This document shows positions 1 to 7,827 of a DNA stretch of 64,000 nt, piece by piece. Positions within the stretch are counted from its first letter, which is position 1. Every line of letters starts with the position of its first letter. Source of the DNA: an uncultured Oscillospiraceae bacterium (GTDB lineage Bacteria > Bacillota > Clostridia > Christensenellales > QALW01); the NCBI GenBank assembly GCA_964492705.1, contig CAZBLS010000002.1, forward strand, positions 140 through 64,139, written 5' to 3'. The notes under the pieces are model-generated. The model was not told the origin of the DNA. It was given only the letters and a program-made list of their open reading frames with translations, and ran no database searches. Made by a program: the position numbers and the translations under genes.

Positions 1-152
1 GGAGTTCCGACAGTCACGTCTTCACCCTCGCCCATAAGAAGCACGTCAAACTTAACGAGAGAATCAACTTCTGCATTAAGTTTCTCAACGTAAATAACGT
101 CGCCTTCCTGAACGCGGTACTGTTTACCGCCTGTTTTGATAACTGCAAACAT
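1..152 (-). CDS. rplU: 50S ribosomal protein L21, N-terminal part (3' end lies beyond the window edge)
   Basis: Absent from the ORF track because there is no stop in the window. Reverse complement reads ATG (150-152) [50 protein letters not shown], a canonical L21 N-terminus. GAGGAGG Shine-Dalgarno at 162-168. Confidence 0.9.
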   Translation of the reverse strand, partial: MFAVIKTGGKQYRVQEGDVIYVEKLNAEVDSLVKFDVLLMGEGEDVTVGT

Positions 153-235
153 CTTGTAGCACCTCCTCTACAAATCTCGCCGAATGCAGGTACTGCCAAA
201 GCAGATTTAGACACCTTACACCGTGCGGCTTATGT

Positions 236-264
236 ATAATACCACGATTATATTTTTCTGTCAA
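236..264 (-). promoter_or_regulatory. sigma-A-type promoter for rplU; the ~70-nt leader (170-235) may be an L21-leader-like element
   Basis: On the minus strand: TTGACA (259-264), 17 nt, TATTAT (236-241). The leader contains an AAATCT...AGATTT stem; the L21-leader assignment is unverified. Confidence 0.5.
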
Positions 265-301
265 ATATATTCTTCTTTTTTACGCAAAAAACTTAAAAGT
301 A

Positions 302-1543
302 TCAGCCCAATTCGTTGATTATCTCTCTCCAAAGAGCCATTTCGGAAAGTTTTTGGGTATTGTATACGCCGTTTTCGTCAATATCCGTGCGCTCGGTCAT
401 TTCAAGAGCCTCACGTATAAGGGTTTTCCCGTCAAGATTCTTTTCCGCCTCTTCCACCGCCGAAAGTTTGGGCTTTGTGGCAGGATGCTTGGGGGTAAAT
501 ACGGTACAGCAATCTTCATATGGTAAAATGGAAGTTTCGTACGTATTTATCTTCTTTGCCGTTTCCATAATTTCAAGTTTATCCATACCTATACAGGGTC
601 TGAATACGGGTATTTGCACTGCACCGTCGGTACAGGCAAGTCCCTCCATAGTTTGGCTTGCCACCTGACCTATGCTTTCGCCCGTAACAAGTGCTCCGCA
701 GGAACGGGCACGGGCAATGATTTCGGAAATTTTCATCATAAAACGACGGGTAAGCACGGTCATAAATTCATCGGGACACTTATCGTATATTTCTTCCTGA
801 ATATGGGTAAAAGGCACAGTAAACACCGAAAGCCTGCCTGTGTAAGCACAAAGTTCACGTCCAAGTTCAAAGACTTTTTCCTTTGCCCTCTCGCTTGTAT
901 GGGGATAACTGTAAAAGTGCACGCCGTCAAGTTCCACTCCGCGTTTTGCTATCATATATCCCGCTACGGGAGAATCTATTCCGCCGGAGAGCAAAAGAGC
1001 CGCTCTGCCGTTCGTACCCAAGGGAAGTCCGCCCACTGCCGGAATATCCTCAAAGTATACGTACGCCCTGTCCCTTATTTCCACCTGCAAAAGAATTTCG
1101 GGATTATGAAGATCCACTTTCATTTGGGGAAGATTTTCAAGTATTCCCTCACCCACTTTTGCGCCTATCTCGGGCGATTCCATAGGAAAATGTTTATCCG
1201 CCCTACGTGCCTTAACTTTAAAGGTGCAGTCGGTCTTGCCTGCGCTTTCAAGCATTTCAACTGCGTTTTTCACGCACAGATCAAGGTCCTTGTCAAATTC
1301 CCTTGCAGGAGAAAGTGCGTGTATGCCGAATATCTTGCTTAATCTGTCCGTTGCGGTATCAAGATCCGAGGGATCTATATTGTACACGAAAATCCTGCTT
1401 TGGCTGATAGTAACCCGTACGCCATCAAAACTTTTAAGTGCGGTTTTTATTCTGCCCATAAGCGTGCGCTCGAAAAACGGGCGATTAAGGCCTTTTAAGT
1501 GTATTTCTCCCACTTTTACTATTATCATATTACGGTATTCCAT
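302..1543 (-). CDS. thiI: tRNA 4-thiouridine(8) synthase / sulfurtransferase ThiI
   Basis: 413-aa ORF with THUMP-like N-terminus (VGEIHLKGLNR) and PP-loop LLLSGGIDSPVAG. AGGAG 6 nt upstream of the ATG. Sits next to a cysteine desulfurase. Confidence 0.9.
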   Translation of the reverse strand: MEYRNMIIVKVGEIHLKGLNRPFFERTLMGRIKTALKSFDGVRVTISQSRIFVYNIDPSDLDTATDRLSKIFGIHALSPAREFDKDLDLCVKNAVEMLESAGKTDCTFKVKARRADKHFPMESPEIGAKVGEGILENLPQMKVDLHNPEILLQVEIRDRAYVYFEDIPAVGGLPLGTNGRAALLLSGGIDSPVAGYMIAKRGVELDGVHFYSYPHTSERAKEKVFELGRELCAYTGRLSVFTVPFTHIQEEIYDKCPDEFMTVLTRRFMMKISEIIARARSCGALVTGESIGQVASQTMEGLACTDGAVQIPVFRPCIGMDKLEIMETAKKINTYETSILPYEDCCTVFTPKHPATKPKLSAVEEAEKNLDGKTLIREALEMTERTDIDENGVYNTQKLSEMALWREIINELG

Positions 1544-1554
1544 AAAAAACTCCT

Positions 1555-2676
1555 TTATTTTCTCCTGTATTTACGCAAATAGGTTATTGCCTGCTCAAAC
1601 TTGTCTTTAACTTCTTCCGCCTCTTCGGGTGTGTTAAAATATCCGAAACTGAGCCTTACGGTGGATTCCGCACGGGAAAGAGGCATATTTATTGCATCCA
1701 ACACGTGGCTCACCTTGCTTGAACGGCTCGTGCACGCCGAACCTTTGCCTATTATAACGCTGTTTTCCAAATAAGTTTGCAATGAAGATGCTTTTATTCC
1801 GTCAAAAGAAATGCTTAAAATATTCGGTGCGGAATCTTCACACACAAGTTGCGCTCCCGAAATTTGCATAAGCAATTCCGTATATCTTGATTTTGTCAAA
1901 GCAAGTTTTTCGGAAAATTCTCTGTAAGAGCCCAATTCTTCCACCGCTTTTGCAAAGGCTTTGATTCCGGCAACGTTTACCGTGCCCGAACGCAAACCGT
2001 TTTGTTGACCTCCGCCGTTTATAAAGGGCATAAAATCCGTACCTTTCCGCACGTAGAGAAAGCCTATGCCTTTCGGTCCGTGAACCTTGTGTCCGCTTAC
2101 GGAATACATATCCGCATTCAGTGCTTTCATATCGGTATTTACGTGCATATACGCCTGTACGCCGTCGGAATGGAATATAATATTTTTATTTATCTGCTTA
2201 ACTCTGCGACAAAGTTCGGCTATATCGTTTACCGCACCTATCTCGTTATTCACGTGCATTATGCTGACAAGGGACGTTTTTTCCGTAATAAGGGAACACA
2301 GCGTATCCCCATCCACTTTACCGTCGCTCCCAACGGGGCAAAGTATCATCTTGCAACCTTTTTTGTGCAGTGCGCTTTCAACGTTAAGCACTGCGTGATG
2401 TTCGTATGCTGATACGATAACTTCACTGCCGTCCTTTGCGCACAAAAGAGCGGTGTTGTCGCTTTCAGTTCCGCCGGAAGTAAAAATAATTTCCGACGGC
2501 AGTGCATTGATGCTCCGAGCCAAAATTTTTGCAGACTCGTTAACTTCTTTTTCGCACTTCAACGCAGCCGAATAGGGTGAAGATACATTATAGTACAGTT
2601 CTTTTGAAGTTTGCGCCAAAACGTCGCACACCGAATCGAAGGGCTGTGTGGTGGCGCTGTTATCAAGATAGATCAT
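1555..2676 (-). CDS. cysteine desulfurase (class V aminotransferase, IscS/NifS/NifZ type)
   Basis: 373 aa. PLP-lysine motif SGHKVHGPKGIG and active-site Cys in GKGSACTSRS. Lies immediately upstream of thiI. Confidence 0.9.
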   Translation of the reverse strand: MIYLDNSATTQPFDSVCDVLAQTSKELYYNVSSPYSAALKCEKEVNESAKILARSINALPSEIIFTSGGTESDNTALLCAKDGSEVIVSAYEHHAVLNVESALHKKGCKMILCPVGSDGKVDGDTLCSLITEKTSLVSIMHVNNEIGAVNDIAELCRRVKQINKNIIFHSDGVQAYMHVNTDMKALNADMYSVSGHKVHGPKGIGFLYVRKGTDFMPFINGGGQQNGLRSGTVNVAGIKAFAKAVEELGSYREFSEKLALTKSRYTELLMQISGAQLVCEDSAPNILSISFDGIKASSLQTYLENSVIIGKGSACTSRSSKVSHVLDAINMPLSRAESTVRLSFGYFNTPEEAEEVKDKFEQAITYLRKYRRK

Positions 2677-3203
2677 TTTCTTCTGATTTCCTTTTGTATC
2701 TCGGAATAAAATTTTTCGTTAGGTTCTATGACAAGTGCTTTTTCTTCTCCCCCGTCCTGAACGAAAAGTATGTGTTTTTCATTATCTCCGTTAAGGGAAA
2801 AATCAAGTTTTTTGCAATTAAGCGATGCAAAGCGTTCGGTCGAATAACTTTCTATTCGCTTAAAATTCCTTACCTGTACCGAAAAAACTTCTTTTCTCGC
2901 TTTGAGATTAAGTATTTTTGCCACCGTAAACTCATCGTCTTCCACGGTATAGTCGTATTCTTTTAAAAAACCGTCCTTTTTAAGCATACAAAGAACGCCT
3001 GCACCTGCCGTTATAAGTATTGGCACCAACTGTGCAAAAGTGAATTTTCCGTTTGAAGATATCTGCGCAAACGCCACGCACAGCGCCACAAGCGCATAAG
3101 TAAACAGCGCAATCGCCAATATATGGCAAATGCGGTGTTTTAATTTATCTTTGGCAATATCCCGTTCGCTTCTTCTGCGAACCGTCTGTTCTATTCTGTC
3201 CAT
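2673..3203 (-). CDS. hypothetical membrane protein (two TM segments plus a soluble C-terminal domain)
   Basis: ORF 2673-3236. The likely start is MDRIEQ at 3203, preceded by GAGGTG. Its stop overlaps the desulfurase ATG by 4 nt. No motif recognised. Confidence 0.6.
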   Translation of the reverse strand: MDRIEQTVRRRSERDIAKDKLKHRICHILAIALFTYALVALCVAFAQISSNGKFTFAQLVPILITAGAGVLCMLKKDGFLKEYDYTVEDDEFTVAKILNLKARKEVFSVQVRNFKRIESYSTERFASLNCKKLDFSLNGDNEKHILFVQDGGEEKALVIEPNEKFYSEIQKEIRRK

Positions 3204-3282
3204 TATATACACCTCGCAATATATTAATTTTATCACAGATCCCCTTATTTATCAAGCAAATAAATTATTCTCTTCCCGTCAC

Positions 3283-3311
3283 TTGACGGTTTAGGCTCAT
3301 TATGTTATAAT
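3283..3311 (+). promoter_or_regulatory. sigma-A-type promoter of the riboswitch-controlled operon
   Basis: TTGACG (3283-3288), 17 nt, TATAAT (3306-3311). Confidence 0.6.
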
Positions 3312-3339
3312 CCTCGTGCAAAAGAATAACACAGATCAT

Positions 3340-3610
3340 CGGGCATCGTTTTGCCCGTTGTCGGGAGGATACGCTTTTGCGCCTCTCGGGGATAAGGAAA
3401 TCACGGTGAGAATCCGTAGCAACAGCCATTACCGTATCTCACTTTTAAGTGTCAAGTCGGAATGCTTATCGGTCTGTGCCGATAAAAGTTTCTCGGGCAA
3501 TTGGGGAAAACGGCAGATAAAAAGCGGTATTGCAGGATACCGTGCTTTGCTTTGCGTACCCCTCGGAGGATACTTTTATTTTATCCTTTTGATCAAAATG
3601 AAAGGATACG
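3340..3610 (+). promoter_or_regulatory. cobalamin (B12) riboswitch, apparently with a translational (RBS-sequestering) expression platform
   Basis: Core GGTGAGAATCC at 3405-3415, preceded by GGGGATAAGGAA and followed by AGCAACAGCC..ACCGTA. B12-box-like AAGTCGGAATGC near 3454-3465. TATCCTTT (3582-3589) can pair with the RBS region AAAGGATA (3601-3608). The downstream gene is a DUF4430-like lipoprotein, a context I recall as typical of B12 regulons. Confidence 0.6.
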
Positions 3611-3616
3611 AAAATT

Positions 3617-4054
3617 ATGAAAAAACTTATCAAATCATCCGTTTCTGCCGTATTGGTGCTTATGCTTGTTCTTTGCCTTGCAGCCTGCGGACAAAAGGGT
3701 TCGGATAACCAACACACCGGTCTTTGGGCTAACGCCACCTATACAGAGGACGTAGTTCTCGGCACCGGTGCAAAGACTTTCGTTACCGAAGTTTCCGTTG
3801 AAGGCAAAACCGTAAAAGTTACCGTTAATACCGACGAAAGCACCGTAGGTGCCGCACTGTTGGCAGTTGAACTTATCGCAGGCGACCAAAGTGATTACGG
3901 TCTCTACGTAAAAAAAGTAAACGGAATTACCGCCGATTACGACATTGACAAAAGTTACTGGGCATTCTATATTGACGGCGAATACGCTATGACGGGCGTT
4001 GACTCAACCGATATAGAAGACGGCAAAGTTTACAAACTTGAATACGCAAAGTAA
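3617..4054 (+). CDS. surface lipoprotein, DUF4430 / transcobalamin-beta-domain-like; putative corrinoid-binding protein
   Basis: 145 aa. Signal peptide with lipobox LAAC-G. Compact beta-rich domain (YGLYVKKVNGITADYDIDKSYWAFYIDGEYAMTGVD). Located behind the B12 riboswitch. Confidence 0.6.
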   Translation: MKKLIKSSVSAVLVLMLVLCLAACGQKGSDNQHTGLWANATYTEDVVLGTGAKTFVTEVSVEGKTVKVTVNTDESTVGAALLAVELIAGDQSDYGLYVKKVNGITADYDIDKSYWAFYIDGEYAMTGVDSTDIEDGKVYKLEYAK

Positions 4055-4583
4055 TAAAAAACCTTTTCTGACCGTAAGTGAAACGGTAATATTCGCTATG
4101 TTGGGAACGATAATGTTCGTTTCAAAAATATTTTTGGAATTCCTGCCGAACATTCATCTTTTGGGTATGTTTACTATGGTATATACCTTGGTTTACCGCA
4201 AAAAGGCGCTGATTCCCATTTACGTATACGTTTTGTTAAACGGAATATATGCAGGCTTTGCTCTTTGGTGGGTTCCTTACCTTTACCTATGGACCCTGCT
4301 TTGGGGCGCAACCGTTTTGCTTCCGAAAAATATGCCAAAGCCCGTTGCCGCCGTAGTTTATCCCGTCCTCTGCGCCCTCCACGGGTTAGCATTCGGCACA
4401 CTCTACGCCCCTGCGCAAGCTTTGATGTACGGATTTTCCTTTAAGCAGACCGTTGCGTGGATAATAGCAGGCCTGCCGTGGGACGTTATACACGCAGGCG
4501 GAAATTTTGTTGCCGGTCTGCTCATATTGCCTCTATCTGAATTTATGAAGAAACTGAACGGCAAACTTTACCGTCCGCACTGA
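4038..4583 (+). CDS. small polytopic membrane protein, possibly an ECF-type S component (CbrT-like); start uncertain (TTG 4038, CTG 4068 or ATG 4098)
   Basis: 181-aa ORF with 5-6 hydrophobic helices. Overlaps the lipoprotein gene end. Terminator directly downstream. Confidence 0.5.
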   Translation: MNTQSNKKPFLTVSETVIFAMLGTIMFVSKIFLEFLPNIHLLGMFTMVYTLVYRKKALIPIYVYVLLNGIYAGFALWWVPYLYLWTLLWGATVLLPKNMPKPVAAVVYPVLCALHGLAFGTLYAPAQALMYGFSFKQTVAWIIAGLPWDVIHAGGNFVAGLLILPLSEFMKKLNGKLYRPH

Positions 4584-4651
4584 AAAAAATTTTTCGGTCA
4601 ATCGGATAAATATAAAGCCGTTAAGACGGTTACGTATAATCCGAAACACTG

Positions 4652-4690
4652 CCCGAAACGGAAAACAAACTTTCCCTTTCGGGTTTTTTA
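4652..4690 (+). terminator. intrinsic terminator
   Basis: CCCGAAA...TTTCGGG stem followed by TTTTTT. Confidence 0.6.
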
Positions 4691-4864
4691 TATTCCGCAC
4701 CTTTTAACCGAACTGCTCCGATTTGCGCTTACACTTACAAACACATAAACTTTTTATTCCGCCCATCGGTAAAACCGCAAATTTGTTTGCCGTCAAAACG
4801 AATGCGAAAAATACCCGTTAAATTTGCAAAAACACAAAATTTTTACCATTATCGAAAAATATAC

Positions 4865-4893
4865 TTGACTTAATTTCATCTTTATTATATAAT
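4865..4893 (+). promoter_or_regulatory. consensus sigma-A promoter of tRNA-Trp
   Basis: TTGACT (4865-4870), 17 nt, TATAAT (4888-4893), 12 nt before the tRNA 5' end. Confidence 0.75.
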
Positions 4894-4905
4894 CATTTGC
4901 GTATT

Positions 4906-4980
4906 AGGGGAGTGGCTCAACGGTAGAGTAGCGGTCTCCAAAACCGTAGGTTGCGTGTTCGAATCGCGTCTCCCCTGCCA
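4906..4980 (+). tRNA. trnW: tRNA-Trp (anticodon CCA), 75 nt with encoded CCA end
   Basis: Folded by hand: acceptor AGGGGAG/CTCCCCT, D arm GCTC-AACGGTA-GAGT, anticodon arm GCGGT-CTCCAAA-ACCGT, T arm GCGTG-TTCGAAT-CGCGT, discriminator G plus CCA. Confidence 0.92.
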
Positions 4981-4984
4981 AGTA

Positions 4985-5036
4985 AAATCCGAACTTCGTT
5001 TTTTCAAGCGTTACGTTCGGATTTTTTATTTTTTTC
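4985..5036 (+). terminator. intrinsic terminator after tRNA-Trp
   Basis: AAATCCGAAC...GTTCGGATTT stem followed by a T-run. Confidence 0.8.
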
Positions 5037-5148
5037 CGAGTGTTTCCTCTAACCGAAAATTGCAAAAACGGTTGTCGTGCACAAACACGTGTGCTATAAT
5101 ACAGTTAGGTTATTTATCTTTATTTTTTTGCAAAAAGGAAATTTAAAT

Positions 5149-6735
5149 ATGAAAGCCTGTATAATTCAACCTCCGTATTCTTTTGACCTGTCACTTTCGG
5201 ACGAATATTTTGATTTTAAATTGCAAATGCTCGAAAAATGCGACGAATCCGCGGATATAATCGTTTTGCCCGAATACAGTGATGTGCCCTGTGTTACTTC
5301 CACCAAGGAAGAACTTATGTATTATCACGGCAAATATATCGATACTTTACTTAACAAATGCATTGAAACTGCAAAAAGATGCAATTCCGTCGTTTTTGTC
5401 AATGCATTAAAGGAAGTTGACGGCAATTACCGTAACACCACTTACGCCTTTAACCGCAAAGGCGAACTTGTGGGCACTTATTATAAAAGACACTTACCGC
5501 CCGTTGAACGGGAAAAGTTGGACGAAAGTTACACTTTGGAATTTTCAAAGCCGTATACCGTGGAAATCGACGGACTTCGCTACGGTTTTTTGACCTGCTA
5601 CGATTTTTATTTTTACGAATATTTTGCCTGCATTGCACGGCAAAACGTGGATATTATCATCGGCTGTTCTCATCAACGGAGCGACACTCACGATGCCATC
5701 GAAACTACCTGCCGTTTTCTTGCGTACAACACCAACGCTTACGTTATCCGTTCATCGGTAAGTTTCAGTGAAGATTCCGACGTTTGCGGAGCAAGTATGG
5801 TAGTTTCTCCCTACGGCAAAGTCCTTTGCAATATGAAAGGCACTTTCGGCAGCGCAACCGTCGAATTCGACCCGAAAGACAAGTATTATAAACCGGCCGG
5901 ATTCGGCAATCCGCCCTCCGCTCACCACCGATACGTTGAAAACGGAAGACGCCCTTGGCAGTACCGCCCGTCGGGCAGTTCGGTTGTATTGCCGGATTCA
6001 CTTATGAGTTATCCGAGAATATGTGCTCACAGAGGTTTTAATACAGTTGCTCCCGAAAACAGTTTACCTGCTTTCGGCTCGGCTGTTGCATTGGGCGCAA
6101 AGGAAATAGAATTTGACCTTTGGGAAACCAAGGACGGACAGGTTGTATCTCTTCACGACCCGTACTTGGACATAGCAAGCGACGGCGAAGGCTTTGTAGG
6201 CGACAAAACTTACAAAGAACTCCTTAAACTTGATTTCGGCATAAAATACGGCGAGTCATTTAAGGGACTTAAAATTCTTACGTTTGAAGAAATACTTAAA
6301 AAGTTCTCCTGCCAAACGGTTATGAATATTCATATTAAGTCATTAAACTATACAGATCCTCTACCCGAAGAATATCTGTGCAAGATAGTTGACCTGATTA
6401 ACTTGTACGATTGCAAAGATTACGTTTATTTTATGTCATCCAACGGTACGGTGCTTACCCAACTTGCCCGTATTGCCCCCGATATAAGTTTGTGTTGCGG
6501 TGCGGCCGATTCTCCTTGGGATATTGTTGACCGTGCAATAAAATACGGTTGTAAAAAAGTGCAATTTTTCAAGCCGTATTTAAACAGAGAAATGATTAAA
6601 AAAGCACACGCCCACAATATTATCTGCAACGTTTTTCAGTCGGATGATATTGAAGAAGCCCGAGAATTTTTATCCCTCGGCATAGACACGGTTCTTACCA
6701 ACGATTATAACCTTATTTCACAGGTTTTGAAATGA
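5149..6735 (+). CDS. bifunctional fusion: N-terminal carbon-nitrogen hydrolase (nitrilase superfamily) plus C-terminal glycerophosphodiester phosphodiesterase (GDPD)
   Basis: ORF 5077-6735. The likely start is MKACIIQPPY at 5149, after AAAGGAAA. E-K-C triad candidates are LPEYS, YYKRHLP and FLTCYDF. GDPD signature: ICAHRGFNTVAPENSLPAF...EIEFDLWETKDGQVVSLHD. Confidence 0.75.
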   Translation: MKACIIQPPYSFDLSLSDEYFDFKLQMLEKCDESADIIVLPEYSDVPCVTSTKEELMYYHGKYIDTLLNKCIETAKRCNSVVFVNALKEVDGNYRNTTYAFNRKGELVGTYYKRHLPPVEREKLDESYTLEFSKPYTVEIDGLRYGFLTCYDFYFYEYFACIARQNVDIIIGCSHQRSDTHDAIETTCRFLAYNTNAYVIRSSVSFSEDSDVCGASMVVSPYGKVLCNMKGTFGSATVEFDPKDKYYKPAGFGNPPSAHHRYVENGRRPWQYRPSGSSVVLPDSLMSYPRICAHRGFNTVAPENSLPAFGSAVALGAKEIEFDLWETKDGQVVSLHDPYLDIASDGEGFVGDKTYKELLKLDFGIKYGESFKGLKILTFEEILKKFSCQTVMNIHIKSLNYTDPLPEEYLCKIVDLINLYDCKDYVYFMSSNGTVLTQLARIAPDISLCCGAADSPWDIVDRAIKYGCKKVQFFKPYLNREMIKKAHAHNIICNVFQSDDIEEAREFLSLGIDTVLTNDYNLISQVLK

Positions 6736-6771
6736 CACATCCGTCGCTTTCAACTTCACTTTTCAAACCGC

Positions 6772-6800
6772 TTGACAGATAGCAAAAAAAAATATATAAT
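6772..6800 (+). promoter_or_regulatory. consensus sigma-A promoter of the Mn riboswitch-mntP unit
   Basis: TTGACA (6772-6777), 17 nt, TATAAT (6795-6800). Confidence 0.75.
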
Positions 6801-6805
6801 CGTAA

Positions 6806-6957
6806 GCGTTTGATTTGAGGGAGTAGCAAGCGCATTTTGCGTAGCAAGTCAACATTCCGGTTAAAACCTGGCTTGATTTAAATTGCGAGACTCAGAATAA
6901 CTTTTTAAGGTATTCTCGGTCTCTTTTTTTGTCCGAGTATACACTCGGATTTTTTTA
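6806..6957 (+). promoter_or_regulatory. yybP-ykoY Mn2+ riboswitch followed by two consecutive intrinsic terminators
   Basis: Conserved GAGGGAGTAGC (6818-6828), CAAGTCAACAT (6845-6855) and TGCGAGACTC (6884-6893). Terminator 1: GAGACTCAGAATA/TATTCTCGGTCTC plus T7 (6887-6930). Terminator 2: TCCGAGT/ACTCGGA plus T7 (6932-6956). The downstream gene is mntP. Confidence 0.85.
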
Positions 6958-6971
6958 TAGAGGTGAATAAT

Positions 6972-7544
6972 ATGTTTGTTTTACAGCAGATGCTTTTAGG
7001 TGCAGGTCTTGCAATGGACGCTTTTTCCGTATCTCTTGCCAACGGACTGAACGATACGGGAATGAAAAAGCGTAAACTTTTTTTGATATCGGGCACATTT
7101 GCTTTTTTTCAGGCACTTATGCCAATGCTCGGTTGGGTATGCGTGCACACGGTAATCGAGTATTTCTCCGCTTTTGAAAAATTTATTCCGTATATCGCAC
7201 TTCTTCTTTTGCTTTACATAGGCGGAAAAATGCTTATCGACGGAATAAAGCAAAAAGGTGAAGAAATTTCCACCGCTTCCCTTACATTTACCTCACTCCT
7301 TGTACAGGGAGTTGCCACAAGTATCGATGCCCTTTCCGTAGGTTTTACCATTGCCGAATACGATTTTCTTTTGGCTCTTGCTTCATCGCTTATCATTGCC
7401 TCTGTCACATTTATAATATGCTCTTTGGGTGTTATGATAGGCAAAAAATTCGGTACTCGCCTTGCAGGCAAAGCCACTGTGCTTGGCGGAATTATCTTGA
7501 TTGCCATCGGGCTTGAAATATTTATAAGCGGTGTATTCTTTTAA
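6972..7544 (+). CDS. mntP: manganese efflux pump MntP
   Basis: ORF from GTG 6963; ATG 6972 sits behind AGAGGTG. Motif LLGAGLAMDAFSVSLANGL with its internal repeat VATSIDALSVGF is typical of MntP/DUF204. Confidence 0.9.
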   Translation: MFVLQQMLLGAGLAMDAFSVSLANGLNDTGMKKRKLFLISGTFAFFQALMPMLGWVCVHTVIEYFSAFEKFIPYIALLLLLYIGGKMLIDGIKQKGEEISTASLTFTSLLVQGVATSIDALSVGFTIAEYDFLLALASSLIIASVTFIICSLGVMIGKKFGTRLAGKATVLGGIILIAIGLEIFISGVFF

Positions 7545-7621
7545 AAAAACATCTTTTTCTGTCATTATTTACCGTTTGAAATCATAAAATCAACCGTAAA
7601 CCCAATTAAGGAGTTGATTTT

Positions 7622-7825
7622 ATGGCTTGTAACAGTTGTTCAACCGCAAGCAACGGATGCGGTCTGTTTGATTCATCCAATCTGCTGTTTTTCTTTTTGG
7701 CGATGTGCGCCCTGTCCGGCAACGGTTGTTCATTCTCTTCGGGAAACGAATTGCTGATATTTTTCCTGATATTCGCACTTTTGTTTTCACAGGGGAATAC
7801 AAACGTATCCTGCGGAACTTGCTGA
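7622..7825 (+). CDS. 67-aa cysteine-rich, internally duplicated hydrophobic peptide (unknown function)
   Basis: Strong AAGGAG 8 nt upstream of the ATG. Terminator immediately after the stop. 7 Cys, with CxxC at both ends (CNSC, CGTC) and two NGC-plus-hydrophobic-helix repeats. Confidence 0.55.
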   Translation: MACNSCSTASNGCGLFDSSNLLFFFLAMCALSGNGCSFSSGNELLIFFLIFALLFSQGNTNVSCGTC

Positions 7826-7827
7826 AA

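Noticed and set aside
614-1342. Long antisense ORFs opposite well-supported genes. Examples are 614-1342(+), 8718-9428(+), 13458-14030(+), 47447-48184(+), 54349-55065(+) and 61449-62381(+).
   Set aside because: Each lies entirely inside, and antisense to, a gene with clear family motifs (thiI, rfbD/rfbB, ppx, Gfo/Idh/MocA, oppD, pepF). They have low-complexity, Arg/Phe/Cys-rich translations and no RBS, so they are shadow ORFs.
3316-3738. ORFs 3316-3708(+) and 3466-3738(-) in the region upstream of the lipoprotein gene.
   Set aside because: The region has cobalamin-riboswitch core motifs and RBS-sequestering pairing. The ORFs lack an RBS and overlap the real lipoprotein start.
5077-5148. N-terminal extensions of track ORFs (5077, 9488, 14400, 15061, 21724, 34936, 60266 and 62681 as start positions).
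   Set aside because: In every case an internal ATG preceded by a good Shine-Dalgarno gives the canonical family N-terminus or signal peptide. The extension overlaps the upstream gene, promoter or terminator.
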